This document shows, piece by piece, positions 26,770-38,863 of a stretch of DNA of 64,000 nt (its first letter is position 1; each line of letters starts with the position of its first letter). Source of the stretch: Octopus sinensis. Taxonomy: Eukaryota. A model generated the notes under the pieces. That model was not told the origin of the DNA. It saw only the letters and a program-made list of their open reading frames with translations, and did no database searches. A program made the translations under genes and the position numbers. The DNA lies in the NCBI RefSeq assembly GCF_006345805.1, contig NC_042999.1, positions 147,002,001 to 147,066,000 on the forward strand, given 5' to 3'.

Positions 26770-26985
26770 TGCGTGATCGTTGGCGATTTTTTTTCCTCCG
26801 CCTTCCTCCCCTTGGATCCTTCATTTTCCTATGTTTCTGACGAAGAGCTCCGCCCGAAACGTTAAATCCTCCTTCTTTCTTCCCTTTCCTGAGCGTCCAA
26901 TAACACTATACTTGTTTCACGACCTCGCGTTGTAGTGTTTTCTCTTTGTCTTTTCATGTTTGGGTTAACTACATATATATATGTA
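26770..26985 (+). mobile_element. Short PLE terminal-repeat-like fragment inserted in a microsatellite; tail repeated at 45279-45358
   Basis: Contains an HHR-like core. GAGCGTCCAATAA.ACTATA.TTGTTTCACG.CCTCGCGTTGT is shared with the 45.3-kb copy; both end in TA runs. Confidence 0.6.
26833..26867 (+). ncRNA. Minimal hammerhead-like motif (type I, palindromic stem III)
   Basis: GUUU-CUGACGA-A-GAGC(UCC)GCCC-GAAAC-GUU-AAAU; one mismatch in stem II, weak stem I, AACGUU palindrome. Confidence 0.5.
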
Positions 26986-27140
26986 TATATATGGGGGGGG
27001 GTAAATGTTTGGTATATACTCCAAAGTATTGAAAAAACTTTTTATCAATTCTGTTATAACTTCTTAATAATCTTTTGAATAACCCTAAATCGTAACTTTT
27101 TACAATATGGCAATATTGTTTAAAATATTTTAACTATAAT

Positions 27141-27541
27141 AGATGCAGGAGTGGCTGTGTGGTAAGTAGCTTGTTTACCAACCACATGGTTCCGGGTTCA
27201 GTCCCACTGCGTGGCACCTTGGGCAAGTGTCTTCTACTATAGCCTCGGGCCGACCAAAGCCTTGTGAGTGGATTTGGTAGACGGAAACTAAAAGAAGACC
27301 GTCGTATATATGTATATATATAGGCGTGTGTGTGTCTGTGTTTGTCCCCCTAGCATTGCTTGACAACCGATGCTGGTGTGTTTATGTCCCCGTTACTTAG
27401 CGGTTCGGCAAAAGACCGATAGAATAAGTGCTGGGCTTAGAAAATAATAAGTCTCGGGGTCGAGTTGCTCGATTAAAGGCGGTGCTCCAGTATGGCCACA
27501 GTCACATGACGGAAACAAGTAAAAGAGTAAAAGAGTAAAAG
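27141..27541 (+). mobile_element. SINE family B, full-length reference copy
   Basis: GCAGGAGTGGCTGTGTGGTAAG A-box region, GGTTCAGTCCC B-box-like motif, CORE-like CACCTTGGGCAAGTGTCTT, internal microsatellite, tail ending (GTAAAAGA)n. Confidence 0.92.
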
Positions 27542-27810
27542 ATTATAGTACTACATAAGATTTCCCTGTTTTCATTATCATTGGTCTGCTAGTGCCCGGT
27601 CCCCTTAATTTTTAGCTAACATCTTGATACACAATCATACATATATATATATACATACATACATGTATACGACGGGCTTCTTTCAGTTTCCGTCTACCAT
27701 ATCCACTCACCAGAAAATGCACATAATGTATAGGTTAAGTTTAAGTGGTCAGTAATATTTACTGCACTTGTGGTGCTTCTATTTCATATTTGAATATATA
27801 TATATGTATG

Positions 27811-27850
<40 letters not shown>

Positions 27851-27851
<1 letters not shown>

Positions 27852-29041
27852 TAGCTGAAGGTGACCCGCTCTACGCGCGGGTAAGAGCGTGGTTGTTACT
27901 TTCTGTTGCTTCCTTTCAGCACGTAAAAAGCACCATCCGAACGTGGCCGATTGCAGCGCCGCCTTGACTTGCTTCTGTGCCGGTGGCACGTAAAATGCAC
28001 CAACCGATCGTTGCCGCTGCAAGACCCCCTGGCACCTGTGCCGGCGGCACGAAAAAAGCACCCACTACACTCACAGAGTGGTTGGCATTAGGAAGATCAT
28101 CCACCTGTAGAAACACTGCCAGATCAGACTGGAGCCTGGTGCAACCTCCTGGCTTCCCAGACCCCGGTCACACTGTCCAAACCGTGCTAGCACGGAAAAC
28201 GGACGTTAAACGATGATGATGATGATGATTCTTCGTCTTTGTTTCTCTCTCCTTTCTCTCTCACTTTCCCACTCTCTTACTTTTCTTTTCTCTCGAACTC
28301 TCCCTCGCTTTCTCTTACTCTCTATCTTTATGTATCTCTCTCCCATTTATAAACAACAGAAGATCTTGCGTAAGTTGAGAAATAAAATATTTAGAAAGAT
28401 CAATCATAAATATCAGGCAGTGGCAACGGAAAGGTCTGCTTCAAGGCAGACAGCAAAACGTTAACATTTAAAAGGGACAGACGAACTTGCGAGCTGAATA
28501 AAAATAATAAAATATTGGAAACCAAAGTTTGAAGGGATAGAATCTGAGGATAGTAGATCACCATGGCTGGCATTTCTTAACGACGGACAACAACGTGTAG
28601 ACAGTTTAACGGCTGGCGTAAATTTTTGAACTTGATGTAAAAGAAAATTCGTCAACACCAAGTTTTGAAGTGATTCTTTCTCACGACAGTAGACTCACCA
28701 TGGCAAACATTCAAAACTTCTTTATCATGGACGGCAACACATTGACGATTAAAAGGCTGGCGCAAATTTTTTAGCTTGATGTAACAGAGAATTCCTAAAC
28801 ACCCGCTCCTTGAAATTCTAATCCCCTTCCAGCCCCATTTAGACCCCTTTTCACATTTTGGTTAATATAACCCGATTTCATTCGGGTCTACTGGGGCCAC
28901 ATTTTATAAGATGAGGAATTTTGTCCTAGAGGTGACGCCTTTCATTTGAGGAAAAAAATAGTGGTCATGCAAACTTGCCAGCACTTTTAACATAGGTGTG
29001 CATATTTTCAGCTGAATCGACCGACTACGTAATGCACACAT

Positions 29042-29045
<4 letters not shown>
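27851..29045 (-). mobile_element. Non-autonomous Helitron-type element
   Basis: Minus strand ends ACCCGC-gcgtaga-GCGGGT hairpin, 9 nt, CTAG, then T: the canonical Helitron 3' end. The 5' end is lost in a TA/TG microsatellite near 29045. Internal ~135-bp diverged duplication at 28551-28650 / 28687-28795. Confidence 0.65.
27915..28228 (+). mobile_element. Retroposon 3' fragment with (GAT)n tail nested in the Helitron (RTE-associated by recollection)
   Basis: Three GCACG(T/A)AAAA(A/T)GCACC modules, ending CGGACGTTAAACGATGATGATGAT. Confidence 0.6.
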
Positions 29046-29089
<44 letters not shown>

Positions 29090-29779
29090 CGCATTATATA
29101 TACAAATGTATACAAATGAGATATATATCTGTATAAATTAAATTAGAGATAAAACCACTAATAGGCAAATCAAACAGTGAAAAACCAAAAACAAAAACAT
29201 TAAAAAATATATAATATAGAAAATATCGAAAATATAAAATTGAAAAATTTAAATTATTTAAATTGAAAATAAAAATTATTAAATTATATTTATAATTTGT
29301 TTTAAAATATATATAACTATGAAAAAGTATAATATACATAAATACAGATATATACACTTTGTATATATACATTATATATACATATTTATATATAGAACAC
29401 ACACACACACACTCATACATTATATATACATATTTATATATAGAACACACACACATACATATAAATGAACGCAAGAATATTTGTTCTTATGCTCGTGTGT
29501 TGTTGGTGACAGACATATACTTAAAAGAACGTCGCCGATGTGATGGGAAGGTAGGAAACAGAGTCAGTGAAAAAGAGAGGAAATGGCGAGAGTGACAGAT
29601 ACTTTAAATAACGGTAGTGGATTTCTCAAAGTTATATATGAAGGGGAGTAAGAGAGGGAAAGGAGGAAATAGCGTGAGTGAGGAAGATGGCCCCTAGCAA
29701 CCACACCTTTTAAGATAGGGATTTCTAAGGTAGCCCACGAGCATCGTCACCTCATTCTACATGTCCCTATAAATTGTGG

Positions 29780-30180
29780 AGCGAATCGGACGGGATGTAG
29801 TGGCATTGAAAGCGATCCAAGCGGTAAAAACGCATTTCAGTTATATATATATATAAAAAAAAAAAAATATATATATATATATATATATGCAAGACACACT
29901 TGAGTTTTGTATATGTAAACCTAGCGTCTTCAAACACTTTCACTCCACTCCAAACTTTTATTCGCGATCCAGTTCGATCCGAAACAAACGTCACTATTGT
30001 CTTTGGATCCATTCTTGGTAGTCCTTATGCCGTCCTTAAACCTCTTTTTAGGTTTACACCCATTGCGTTTCCGCTCTGCAAGCTCGGCATAGAACAGGTG
30101 TTTGTGTGTACGTTCATCCATTATTCAAACATGGAGGACATATGTCCCCAGCCTTTTGTACAACTACTCTGAAATGCGGT
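29780..30180 (-). mobile_element. RTE-clade LINE ORF2 C-terminal fragment
   Basis: MDERTHKHLFYAELAERKRNGCKPKKRFKD matches the RTE 'MxxxRxPKxLxYGELxxGKRxxGxPKKRFKD' motif. Confidence 0.75.
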
Positions 30181-30214
30181 CAACCCACAATGTCAAAATC
30201 CTGAGACAGTTCAG

Positions 30215-30420
30215 CTGTTCTACACCAGAAAGAATTCCTCAGTGAAACAACTGAGCTGTGGGATATACTGGAAGAGTTACGAGTCTACTTCCAGGAGTTA
30301 AATCGGAGGCATGCCAAGATATATGCCTGGAAGATCTTGACTGATTTGGCACCAAACTTTGACATCGAAAGTACCAGCCGCTGAACTGGACTAGTGTGAG
30401 GGCAGGTACTGCAATAGATT
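30215..30420 (+). mobile_element. Decayed CR1/L2-like LINE fragment
   Basis: WDILEELRVYFQELNRRHAKIYAWKILTDLAPNFDIES parallels YWERL..LYSLERRRERYAIIYIWKIL at 57.3-57.45 kb. Confidence 0.65.
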
Positions 30421-31357
30421 GGGATCCAAACGCAAATAACCATTCAATATCTTACCAATGAATCAGAGAGATCTATCTGAAGTGGGGGTAGATGTTTCCA
30501 AGGAACAACTTAACCTCCTGTATGAAAAACTCAAAAGAAGTTAGCAATATCGATTTCACCAGAAGCCAATCACAAAAGACTGAACATTGAAATGGTGATA
30601 GTACAGGATATACTCCAGCATGTTGACAAAGTTTGGGCTGAAATGCATCAATGAATAGAAGAACATATATGTGTGTGTGTGTTTATATATTATATGTGTG
30701 TGTGTAGGTGTGTCTGTCTGTGTCTGTGTACTTTCTGTCCTCCACTACTGCTTGGCAACCGGTGTTAGTTTGTTTACGACCCCGGTTCGACTAAAGAGAA
30801 CGATGCAACAAATAAAAAAAAACAATAAGTATTGACTAAAATCTTCAAGGTGGAATCCCAGCGTGGCTGCAGTCTAATGACTGTTACAAATGAAAGGAAC
30901 ATAGTAATGCGAAGAACTATATAGAGTCAATGATGTTGACTCGTGTACAAGGGAAGATGATGATGGTGTGGAGGTGGGGATGATTATAATGATGAAAATG
31001 GTGTTGGTAATGGTGGTACTGGTATTCGTTGTTGTGGTGGTGGTGTTTGGAGGCGTTGGTGCTGCTATTGCTGTTACTGCTACAACCGTTGTTGCTGCTG
31101 CTGCTGTTTTGTCCTCCAGCATACTCTCCCAGTTTTAATGTTAATCATTGGAATTTTACTTCAACTTTCTCTTCGCCGTCACTACCATCACCATGACCGC
31201 CACCGCTACCATCACTACCACCACCAACACCACGCATCACCACCACCACCATCACCATCAACAGCAGTAAGAACGACAACAACAACATCCCCAGCAGCAC
31301 TATGATTATCCCCATACCCATGCTGTGGTGGTGGTGGTGGTGGTGGCGGTGATGATG

Positions 31358-31389
<32 letters not shown>

Positions 31390-32165
31390 GATAATGATGA
31401 CAAAAAATGATGATGATGATGAAAAAAATAGTGATGATGATAAAAAATAGTACAACGTACACGCGCTGAATCACCACACCTTACAGTCGTCTTAAAAAAG
31501 ATAAAAGACAACCTGGATAATGTAGTCTAGTTGTAGAAATATAATCATAGAAACATTGTAATCCAAGTTGTTTTTAATCCGATAGTCGAGGTTGATGTCT
31601 GCTTTAGCCTGGTAATCCACTGAAAATATTGTTTCTTCTGTTAGTCTTAAATACACGGTGCTTGGATACGGTTGGATGCTTTTCATAATAGGTTTAACCA
31701 GACCTGGGACTAAGCGACAAAACACCTGCTAGTGTTTAGGTTTTAGTAGCGGAAGTGGTTTATTTTTCCTTTTCTTTCTCGGCCCCTAAGACTCACAAAG
31801 CCGGTTACCCGGATTACATGACGTTTAAGTGAGAGAGAACAAGAAATTCTCGCAGAACAGGACGCCGGTCCGTTGAAGGTTTCAATGCCAGTAATTCTAA
31901 GATGAAGGGACATTTGATAAATTAGATTGGTTTCGGCTATTATCGGCCCAGGTCATGACTAACTCAATAGCACCACCTGGAAAAGTTTTTTAGTTAATTA
32001 TTTCAGGACACCATGAATCACTCAAGCAGAGAGTTGTTGTTGGTTGAGACGTGTAGGTGGTTTATCCTGTATTTCCTGGAGGAATTTATCCAGGAACCGT
32101 TTGAACGTTCTGGGGTCTTTTTCTATTTTAATTTCTTTTAGAATAACATTGAAAAGAGAAGGACC

Positions 32166-32227
<62 letters not shown>

Positions 32228-32252
32228 TTTCATCGTTCTGGTGTCACTGAAA

Positions 32253-32775
32253 TAAATACCGGTTGCGCACTATGTTCGATGTAATGGACTTAACTCTTCC
32301 CAAAATTTCAGGCCTTGTGCCTATAATAGAAAGGTCTACTATTATTGTTATGATCTGGCATGGTTGTAAGCACACCGCGCAAAATGCTTAGTGGTATTTC
32401 TCCGTCGCTACGTTCTGAGTTCAAATTCCGCCGAGCTCGACTTTGCTTTTCATCCTTTCGGAGTCGGTAAATTAAATAGCAGTGAAACACCGGGGTCGAT
32501 GTGATCGACTAGTCCCCTTCCACAAAATTTCAGGCCTGGTGCCTCCATTAGAAAGGATTATTATGAGCTGGCAGTAGTCCTAACACGCCGGGCAAACAGC
32601 TTAGCGATATCTCGTCCACCTTTACCTTCTGATTTTAAATTCCACAGAGGTCTACTTTGCCTTTCATTCTACCGGAGTCGATAAGATAAATACTAGTTGA
32701 ACACTGCGGTAAATGTAATCGACTTACACCCCTCCCCATCGAATTTGCTGGCCTTGTACACAAATTTGAAGATAT
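32253..32775 (+). mobile_element. Cluster of three SINE family A pieces in tandem
   Basis: A tail fragment followed by two head-body-tail monomers. Confidence 0.8.
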
Positions 32776-32817
32776 TTTTTTAAAATTAATCTAAAATTTA
32801 AGATTTTTCAGCATATA

Positions 32818-32936
32818 TAGGCGTGTTTAGGAAACTCTTTTGCATCTACAAGTTGCGCAACAACTTGAGCAAGCCCCGGGCCGAGTAATGCCTTGTGAGA
32901 AAATTTTATATGCGAAAATGTATGGAAGTCCGTCGT

Positions 32937-32975
<39 letters not shown>

Positions 32976-33290
32976 AATAAATATAAAAATATAAACTGAT
33001 AAAAATATAGACTGCTCTATTTCTTAGAATGTGGTTCTTCCCCGGATTTATGCTTTTGTAATAACGATATATATAGAAAGAGAGAGAGTTGTTTGTATAT
33101 ATATGTGTGTATGTGTTTGTTGTGTCTTTATGCTTATGTTTGCCTCTCCCCCAATACCACCACCACCATGATAACCACTGTTGTTTTGTTTGCATCCCCG
33201 TAACGAGGGCCGACCAAATAAGTCCCAAACTTGAAACTATAAATACTGAATGTCCTTTTGTTCGACCAGAGACTGAGACAAGTAAAACAT
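32818..33290 (+). mobile_element. SINE family B, degenerate with internal insertion
   Basis: GGGCCGAGTAATGCCTTGTGAG head part and GACTGAGACAAGTAAAA tail. Confidence 0.65.
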
Positions 33291-33679
33291 TTTTAAAAAA
33301 TGTAATATTAAAATGATTATAGTAAGCGGTCGGAACTGTCCCGGGACTGAAACCACGAATTACATCAACAATGTTCTTATTCAAAATAATATATACTTCC
33401 GCATTTAAAATGTTATTTACTACTTCTTTAGGCAAAGAAGAAAGGTGATGCCGTCATCCTATGATAATCTACTCTCTAACACAAATGTGATCTTGTGAGT
33501 CTTTGATACCATTCAGTTATTTAACTGTTTAGATATTTATCAGAAGTGAGGTTACAATGAATAGAGTTAATTACCTCACACAGTAATGTCAGAGATAATT
33601 ATTAGTGCATGATCAGATGTATTGATTGCCAGCGGTGGTGCTACGATAATGATGATGGTTATAGTAGTAGTAGTAGTAA

Positions 33680-33711
<32 letters not shown>

Positions 33712-33712
33712 A

Positions 33713-33753
<41 letters not shown>

Positions 33754-33908
33754 ACTGCCGTTGTACTTGATGTTCATGTTCATACTGTCATTCTTTGCAG
33801 TATTGTTGAGCTATGCTACTTCTGCCTGTCTGTCTGACTGTCTCTCTACTTTATTACTAATCTTTTTGTTTCTCTTTGTGTGTGTGTATATGTATGTATG
33901 TATGTATG

Positions 33909-34047
<139 letters not shown>

Positions 34048-34091
34048 ATATATACATGCACATGTGTGTATATGTATATATATTACTCTTT

Positions 34092-35050
34092 TACTATTTT
34101 ATTCGTTTCAGCCATGCGGCCGTGGTCATGCTGGAGCACCACCATGGTCTTTCTGACTTCCTCAGACTTGGTGTTTCACATCACCACTCCTGTATGTGCC
34201 TTTGTTCCAGCTGTTAGTACATTTGGTATATAAGTTTCATTCCGCTACCCTCGTCTGTACCTCATGTCGGGCTGTTGGTTCATCTGGTATTGCGGAGGGG
34301 AGGATGTCTAGTTCCTTTTAGAAGACACCTACTTCCACCTTGTTCAAATATCTTAATTCTTGTGGCAGGGTATTGAAGAGTTGTGGGCCTTTGAACGCTT
34401 GACTATTGCAGTACCTGGTCCTGAATTTAGATGGAGTAGATGGTACCTTTGGTACAATACAATGGCGGCAACCTCTGGCATTTGCATAACACTAAAATGC
34501 CAAAGGTAGGTACTAGCCCTTCTAGGATATTCCATATGTATATTATTGCATATCTCTCACGCCATCGCTCCAGGGAAGTATGGCTGTTGTTTTCTCAGCC
34601 TATCCCTGTAGCTCATCCGCTGCACTGTTTTAATTTTTTAATGTAGTGATGTTGGATTGCTTCGAGCTCCGTAGTTAGTTTGGCAATATGTGGTGACCAT
34701 AACTGGGAGCAGTCGTCTCGGCGACTGAGAAGAAAGGTTCTCCACAGGGTCAACATAGTTTCTTGGTCTCTTATCTTGAAGGACATCAGAACCCACTCTG
34801 CCTAGGTGTCTGCACTTCGCTGCCATCTTGCTAATGTGCATATGAAATGATGGGTCATTGCACATAGTGATCCCCAGGTCTTTCACTGCCTGCGACTCCG
34901 GGAATGTAGTGACTTCGGGTCCTGTAAATATAGATTGTACTGTATTCGTTAGTTGATAGTGCTCTGCTTGAAATTTTCCAACGTTAAACTGCATATTGTT
35001 TATTTCCTGGTGGCCAGGAAGATGTCCAAGTGCTGTTAGATCATGTGAAC
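34092..35050 (-). mobile_element. CR1/L2-like LINE, 3' ~950 bp, frameshifted
   Basis: NNMQFNVGKFQ..VKDLGITMCNDPSFHMHISKMAAKC post-RT motifs, continuing to KGPQLFNTLPQEL and a GGTGCTCCAGCATGACCAC 3' end. Confidence 0.85.
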
Positions 35051-35054
35051 TCAA

Positions 35055-35725
35055 TAAAGCTATCCATACAATGTAAAGAGAGGGATTGCTCAGTGTCTAA
35101 AACATCGCGCGCAAAGTAGCGATCGTAATACCCACTATGAAGAAATGATCAAGCTCAGTAACAATCTATTAAGAAACAACTACCCCAAAATATAGTACCC
35201 ACTCCAATTATAAAGAAAAGAGAGTATGAAACCAATAACTTGTCTACAGTCTGTCTACCCTATGTGAAAGACCTCTCCGAAAACATACAAAAGATATGCT
35301 GCCCATATGACATCAGGACAGTATTCAAGAATAATACATCACTTCGCAAATATCTCCTTCGAGTAAAACCACCAACAGAAGAGAATATGACTAAAAATTG
35401 CATGTACTCCATTTCATGCAGCTGTGGTAGGTTATACAAAGGCGAAACATACCACCCCCTCAAAATAAAGGTAAAGGAACATCGCAAAGCTGTGACATGA
35501 GGAGATATTGATAAATCGGGTATAGTTGATCATGTATGGAAAAATGAAGACCCCCCCCCCACTGTGGGATGAAATTAAAATAATAGATAGAAAACACCAC
35601 TGGAGAATACGAAAACTAAAAGAAGCAGCACATATGCTAGGACACAAGAACCTCCTAAGCAGGCAGAGTGCAGATATGAATAGCATATGGGAACCGGTAT
35701 TAAGCAAGGATAGGAAAATATAAGA
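35055..35725 (+). mobile_element. Penelope-like element C-terminal fragment (end of RT plus GIY-YIG endonuclease), one in-frame stop
   Basis: VCLPYVKDLSENIQKIC..NCMYSISCSCGRLYKGET..LKIKVKEH..*GDIDKSGIVDHVW..WDEIKIID..RKLKEAAHM is the typical PLE LPY linker plus GIY-YIG with CxC and H motifs. Confidence 0.85.
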
Positions 35726-35753
35726 TTTATAAGCCCTAAAATTTACTCCATAA

Positions 35754-35822
35754 TTGCTCCCGTAGTGGTTAAGTGCGCGGGCTACTAACCCCCAAGATTC
35801 CGAATTCGATTCCAGGCAGTTA

Positions 35823-35830
<8 letters not shown>
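35754..35830 (+). mobile_element. Short tRNA-derived head followed by (AAT)n/(AGA)n tail
   Basis: CGTAGTGGTTAAG A-box and GAATTCGATTCC B-box; no cloverleaf acceptor stem, so not a tRNA gene. Confidence 0.6.
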
Positions 35831-35880
<50 letters not shown>

Positions 35881-35915
35881 TATAATAATAATAATAGTAA
35901 TGAGAAGAAGAAGAA

Positions 35916-35947
<32 letters not shown>

Positions 35948-36516
35948 AGTAGAACAACAACAACAACAACATAGAAAAATACCTTAGGAATGAGGACAAA
36001 TATCCGTCAAATGTAAATAATGTGCGTCAATTCATTGCAGCTGTTTCCAGTGGGTTTCTTTTATAGATTAATGAATACATTACATCGTAACTTGTACTCA
36101 TTATTTTAGTTTCGTCCCCAGCTCCGACCCAAGTGTAATAAAGCTGATATAAAATAAAATAATATCTAATAGTATGAATGGCACGTTGATATACATATAT
36201 TGCTAACTCAAGCATTTTCCTATAAGATGAAAATAAAGTCGACTGCTGGGCTCCTTTCCTTTCTTCCACCACTAACAAGCTTACTAGCTGCCTTGAAGCT
36301 ATATATCTTTTGAACGCCATACCAACTAACTGACCTCTTAATGTCATCATCCTAGCTGTGCTGTTTCTCTCATTCCAAGTCAACTTCGACTGTAATCAGG
36401 TTCGGTTGGCCCACTGTGGTAAAATGCTCTTCTTATATTGTTTTGTATCATCCGATGAAATCGGTTTTGTTTTAGTTACGTTGTAATATACTCATTAATC
36501 TATTAAAGAAATCCGC

Positions 36517-36651
36517 TGTAAATGGTGGGCTTTTTCGAATTGCATTTCGGTAACAATTGTAAATTTAACCGGAGTATATTCAATAATGAATTTTTATTCC
36601 GAATAAGCACGTTGTTACCGAAATGCAATTCGAAAAAGCCCGCCATTTACA
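36517..36651. repeat. 40-bp inverted repeat, 55-bp spacer
   Basis: TGTAAATGGTGGGCTTTTTCGAATTGCATTTCGGTAACAA (36517-36556) versus 36612-36651; the single difference gives a U-G pair in plus-strand RNA. Confidence 0.9.
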
Positions 36652-36753
36652 TAGATGTGTAAGGGGTAAACATTCCTACATGCTGCTTTGGACACGATAG
36701 CTGTTTGCTTTGTATATTGTTTTTGTTTATTCATCGTATATCTTGAATTATGC

Positions 36754-36817
36754 TTGCACTGAAGAGTAAAAAGTGCATGATATTGGACCGATTACGAAAT
36801 CACAATGTGATATGCGG
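36754..36817 (+). ncRNA. Type I hammerhead ribozyme with complete core
   Basis: Stem I UUGCA/UGCGG; CUGAAGA; stem II GUAA/UUAC (G10.1-C11.1); GAAA; stem III AUCAC(AAU)GUGAU; cleavage triplet AUA, predicted cut after 36812. Confidence 0.75.
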
Positions 36818-37050
36818 CTAAATTCTGTTTTTAAATGACCTGCTTCGAGAATAGTTTCGGTACGATGTGTTTATGCATTTTAGTAGTTTTGACTTTAAGA
36901 GTCCCTCTTAGCGTGAGGCATCTATGTGTAATAGTGTCCTCTATATAATATAAATAAATAAATTTAAAAGAAAAAAAATTGATTTTTTCTCTGGGGACGT
37001 TTTCACGCTAACTACTTGGTAAATTCTTATGAAGAATTTATCCTATTTTA

Positions 37051-37083
<33 letters not shown>

Positions 37084-37349
37084 CAAAAGTCGCCATACAT
37101 ATGAACAATTTATTATTTTTTTAAAGAAGAAAACAGTTTATAAGAACGTTTTATTTATTCAACAGGCCCTATATGGTTACCATTGTCTTCACTAAACTTT
37201 GCAATACGTTTACCCTACTCATTGTGAATTCATAATAGCACTTGATAGCTATTGTTGTTGATACATGGAGACATATATATATATACATACATACATAACA
37301 CATACATATATATATACATACATACATACATACACACATACATATATAT

Positions 37350-37419
<70 letters not shown>

Positions 37420-37662
37420 AGGATACGTGAATTTTTATTGATCATTACAATTCTTTCCTCGCATCTGACACTGATCTCTCGCGGGATTCTGAACATCTGG
37501 TTTAGGTGTATGTCTCTGTGTAGATGTGTTTTATCGGGTGATTTCGATAGGTATCACGTTAAAATAAACTCTACTTCGCAACATTTTTTCTTGTTCTTCG
37601 TATATAGAAGTGGCAAATTAAGGGATGTGTGCGTGTGTGTTGTATATAATATGGTTTATAGA

Positions 37663-37728
<66 letters not shown>

Positions 37729-37979
37729 TATATAGATCGATAGATAGATAGATAGATAGATAGATAGAATAGATAGATAGATAGATAGATAGAATAGATA
37801 GATAGTACATACAATTTTATATGTATAAATACATACATTTATATATATATACATACATATATATATGTATATAATAACATGTATATACACACATGCACAC
37901 ACAAAAGAAATTTTATCCACTAATGAGGTGTTGAAAACTCTCATATATAAACACACACACAAGCTAACACATTCACACA

Positions 37980-38185
37980 TATATTGAAAACAAGGAAGCA
38001 GACAGAATTTTGGGTAATTTTGGATAATTAGCGCTTTCGTTCGTTTACTGAGCTGTTCAAGGCAAGAATTAAAACTAAAACCGTTTTGATTTTAATTTTT
38101 TATCTTGAAGAGTTCGGTTAAACGAACGAAAACGCTAATAAGGAATTATCCAAAATTCTCACTGCTTCGTTTTTTTTTCAATATA
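37980..38185. mobile_element. Foldback MITE-like element (~95-bp imperfect arms, ~13-15-nt loop)
   Basis: TATATTGAAAA..TTTTCAATATA termini; inner arm ATTAGCGCTTTCGTTCGTTTA / TAAACGAACGAAAACGCTAAT. Confidence 0.75.
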
Positions 38186-38219
38186 CAATATCGGTGTACT
38201 ACACTTGAAGCACTCTACA

Positions 38220-38257
<38 letters not shown>

Positions 38258-38687
38258 CGTATATAATCTGAAGAAAGATTTGACAATGAATTCGCTCATT
38301 TACGCCGACGATATTTTGCGTAATGTGGGCGTTCTAAGTATCAATAAATACTTACAACTCTACATTCATCTGTGTATGTATAAATACATATATGCATATA
38401 TAATATAAATATAAATATAAATACATATATATACAGCTTTGACCAAAATTTAGCAGACAATTAGCCAAAACTATTTACATCCAAGATATATTTATGTTTA
38501 ACAACTGAATGCATTTAACAAAAAGCATCTAAATATGAAACACGATGAAAATCTTTCAAACTGAAGTCCTTCTTCAGCGACACATATTTGCATTCCAGTC
38601 AATACATAATTACAGATTTATGGAATTTTGATTTACTGTCGGATGACTTTTGGCCAACCCTGTATATATATATAAATTATATAGATA

Positions 38688-38731
<44 letters not shown>

Positions 38732-38817
38732 TATGCATGTATATACATACATATATATGTCTATATATAAACATATACGCATATACACATATGAATATAT
38801 ATATATTTATGTGTACC

Positions 38818-38855
<38 letters not shown>

Positions 38856-38863
38856 GTAATTAG

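Noticed and set aside
35754-35830. Possible tRNA gene
   Set aside because: A and B boxes are present but there is no acceptor stem or T-terminator; it continues into (AAT)n, so a SINE-like head.
36027-36383. 118-aa minus ORF in the spacer of the first foldback
   Set aside because: No recognisable domain or splice support; length is within chance range.
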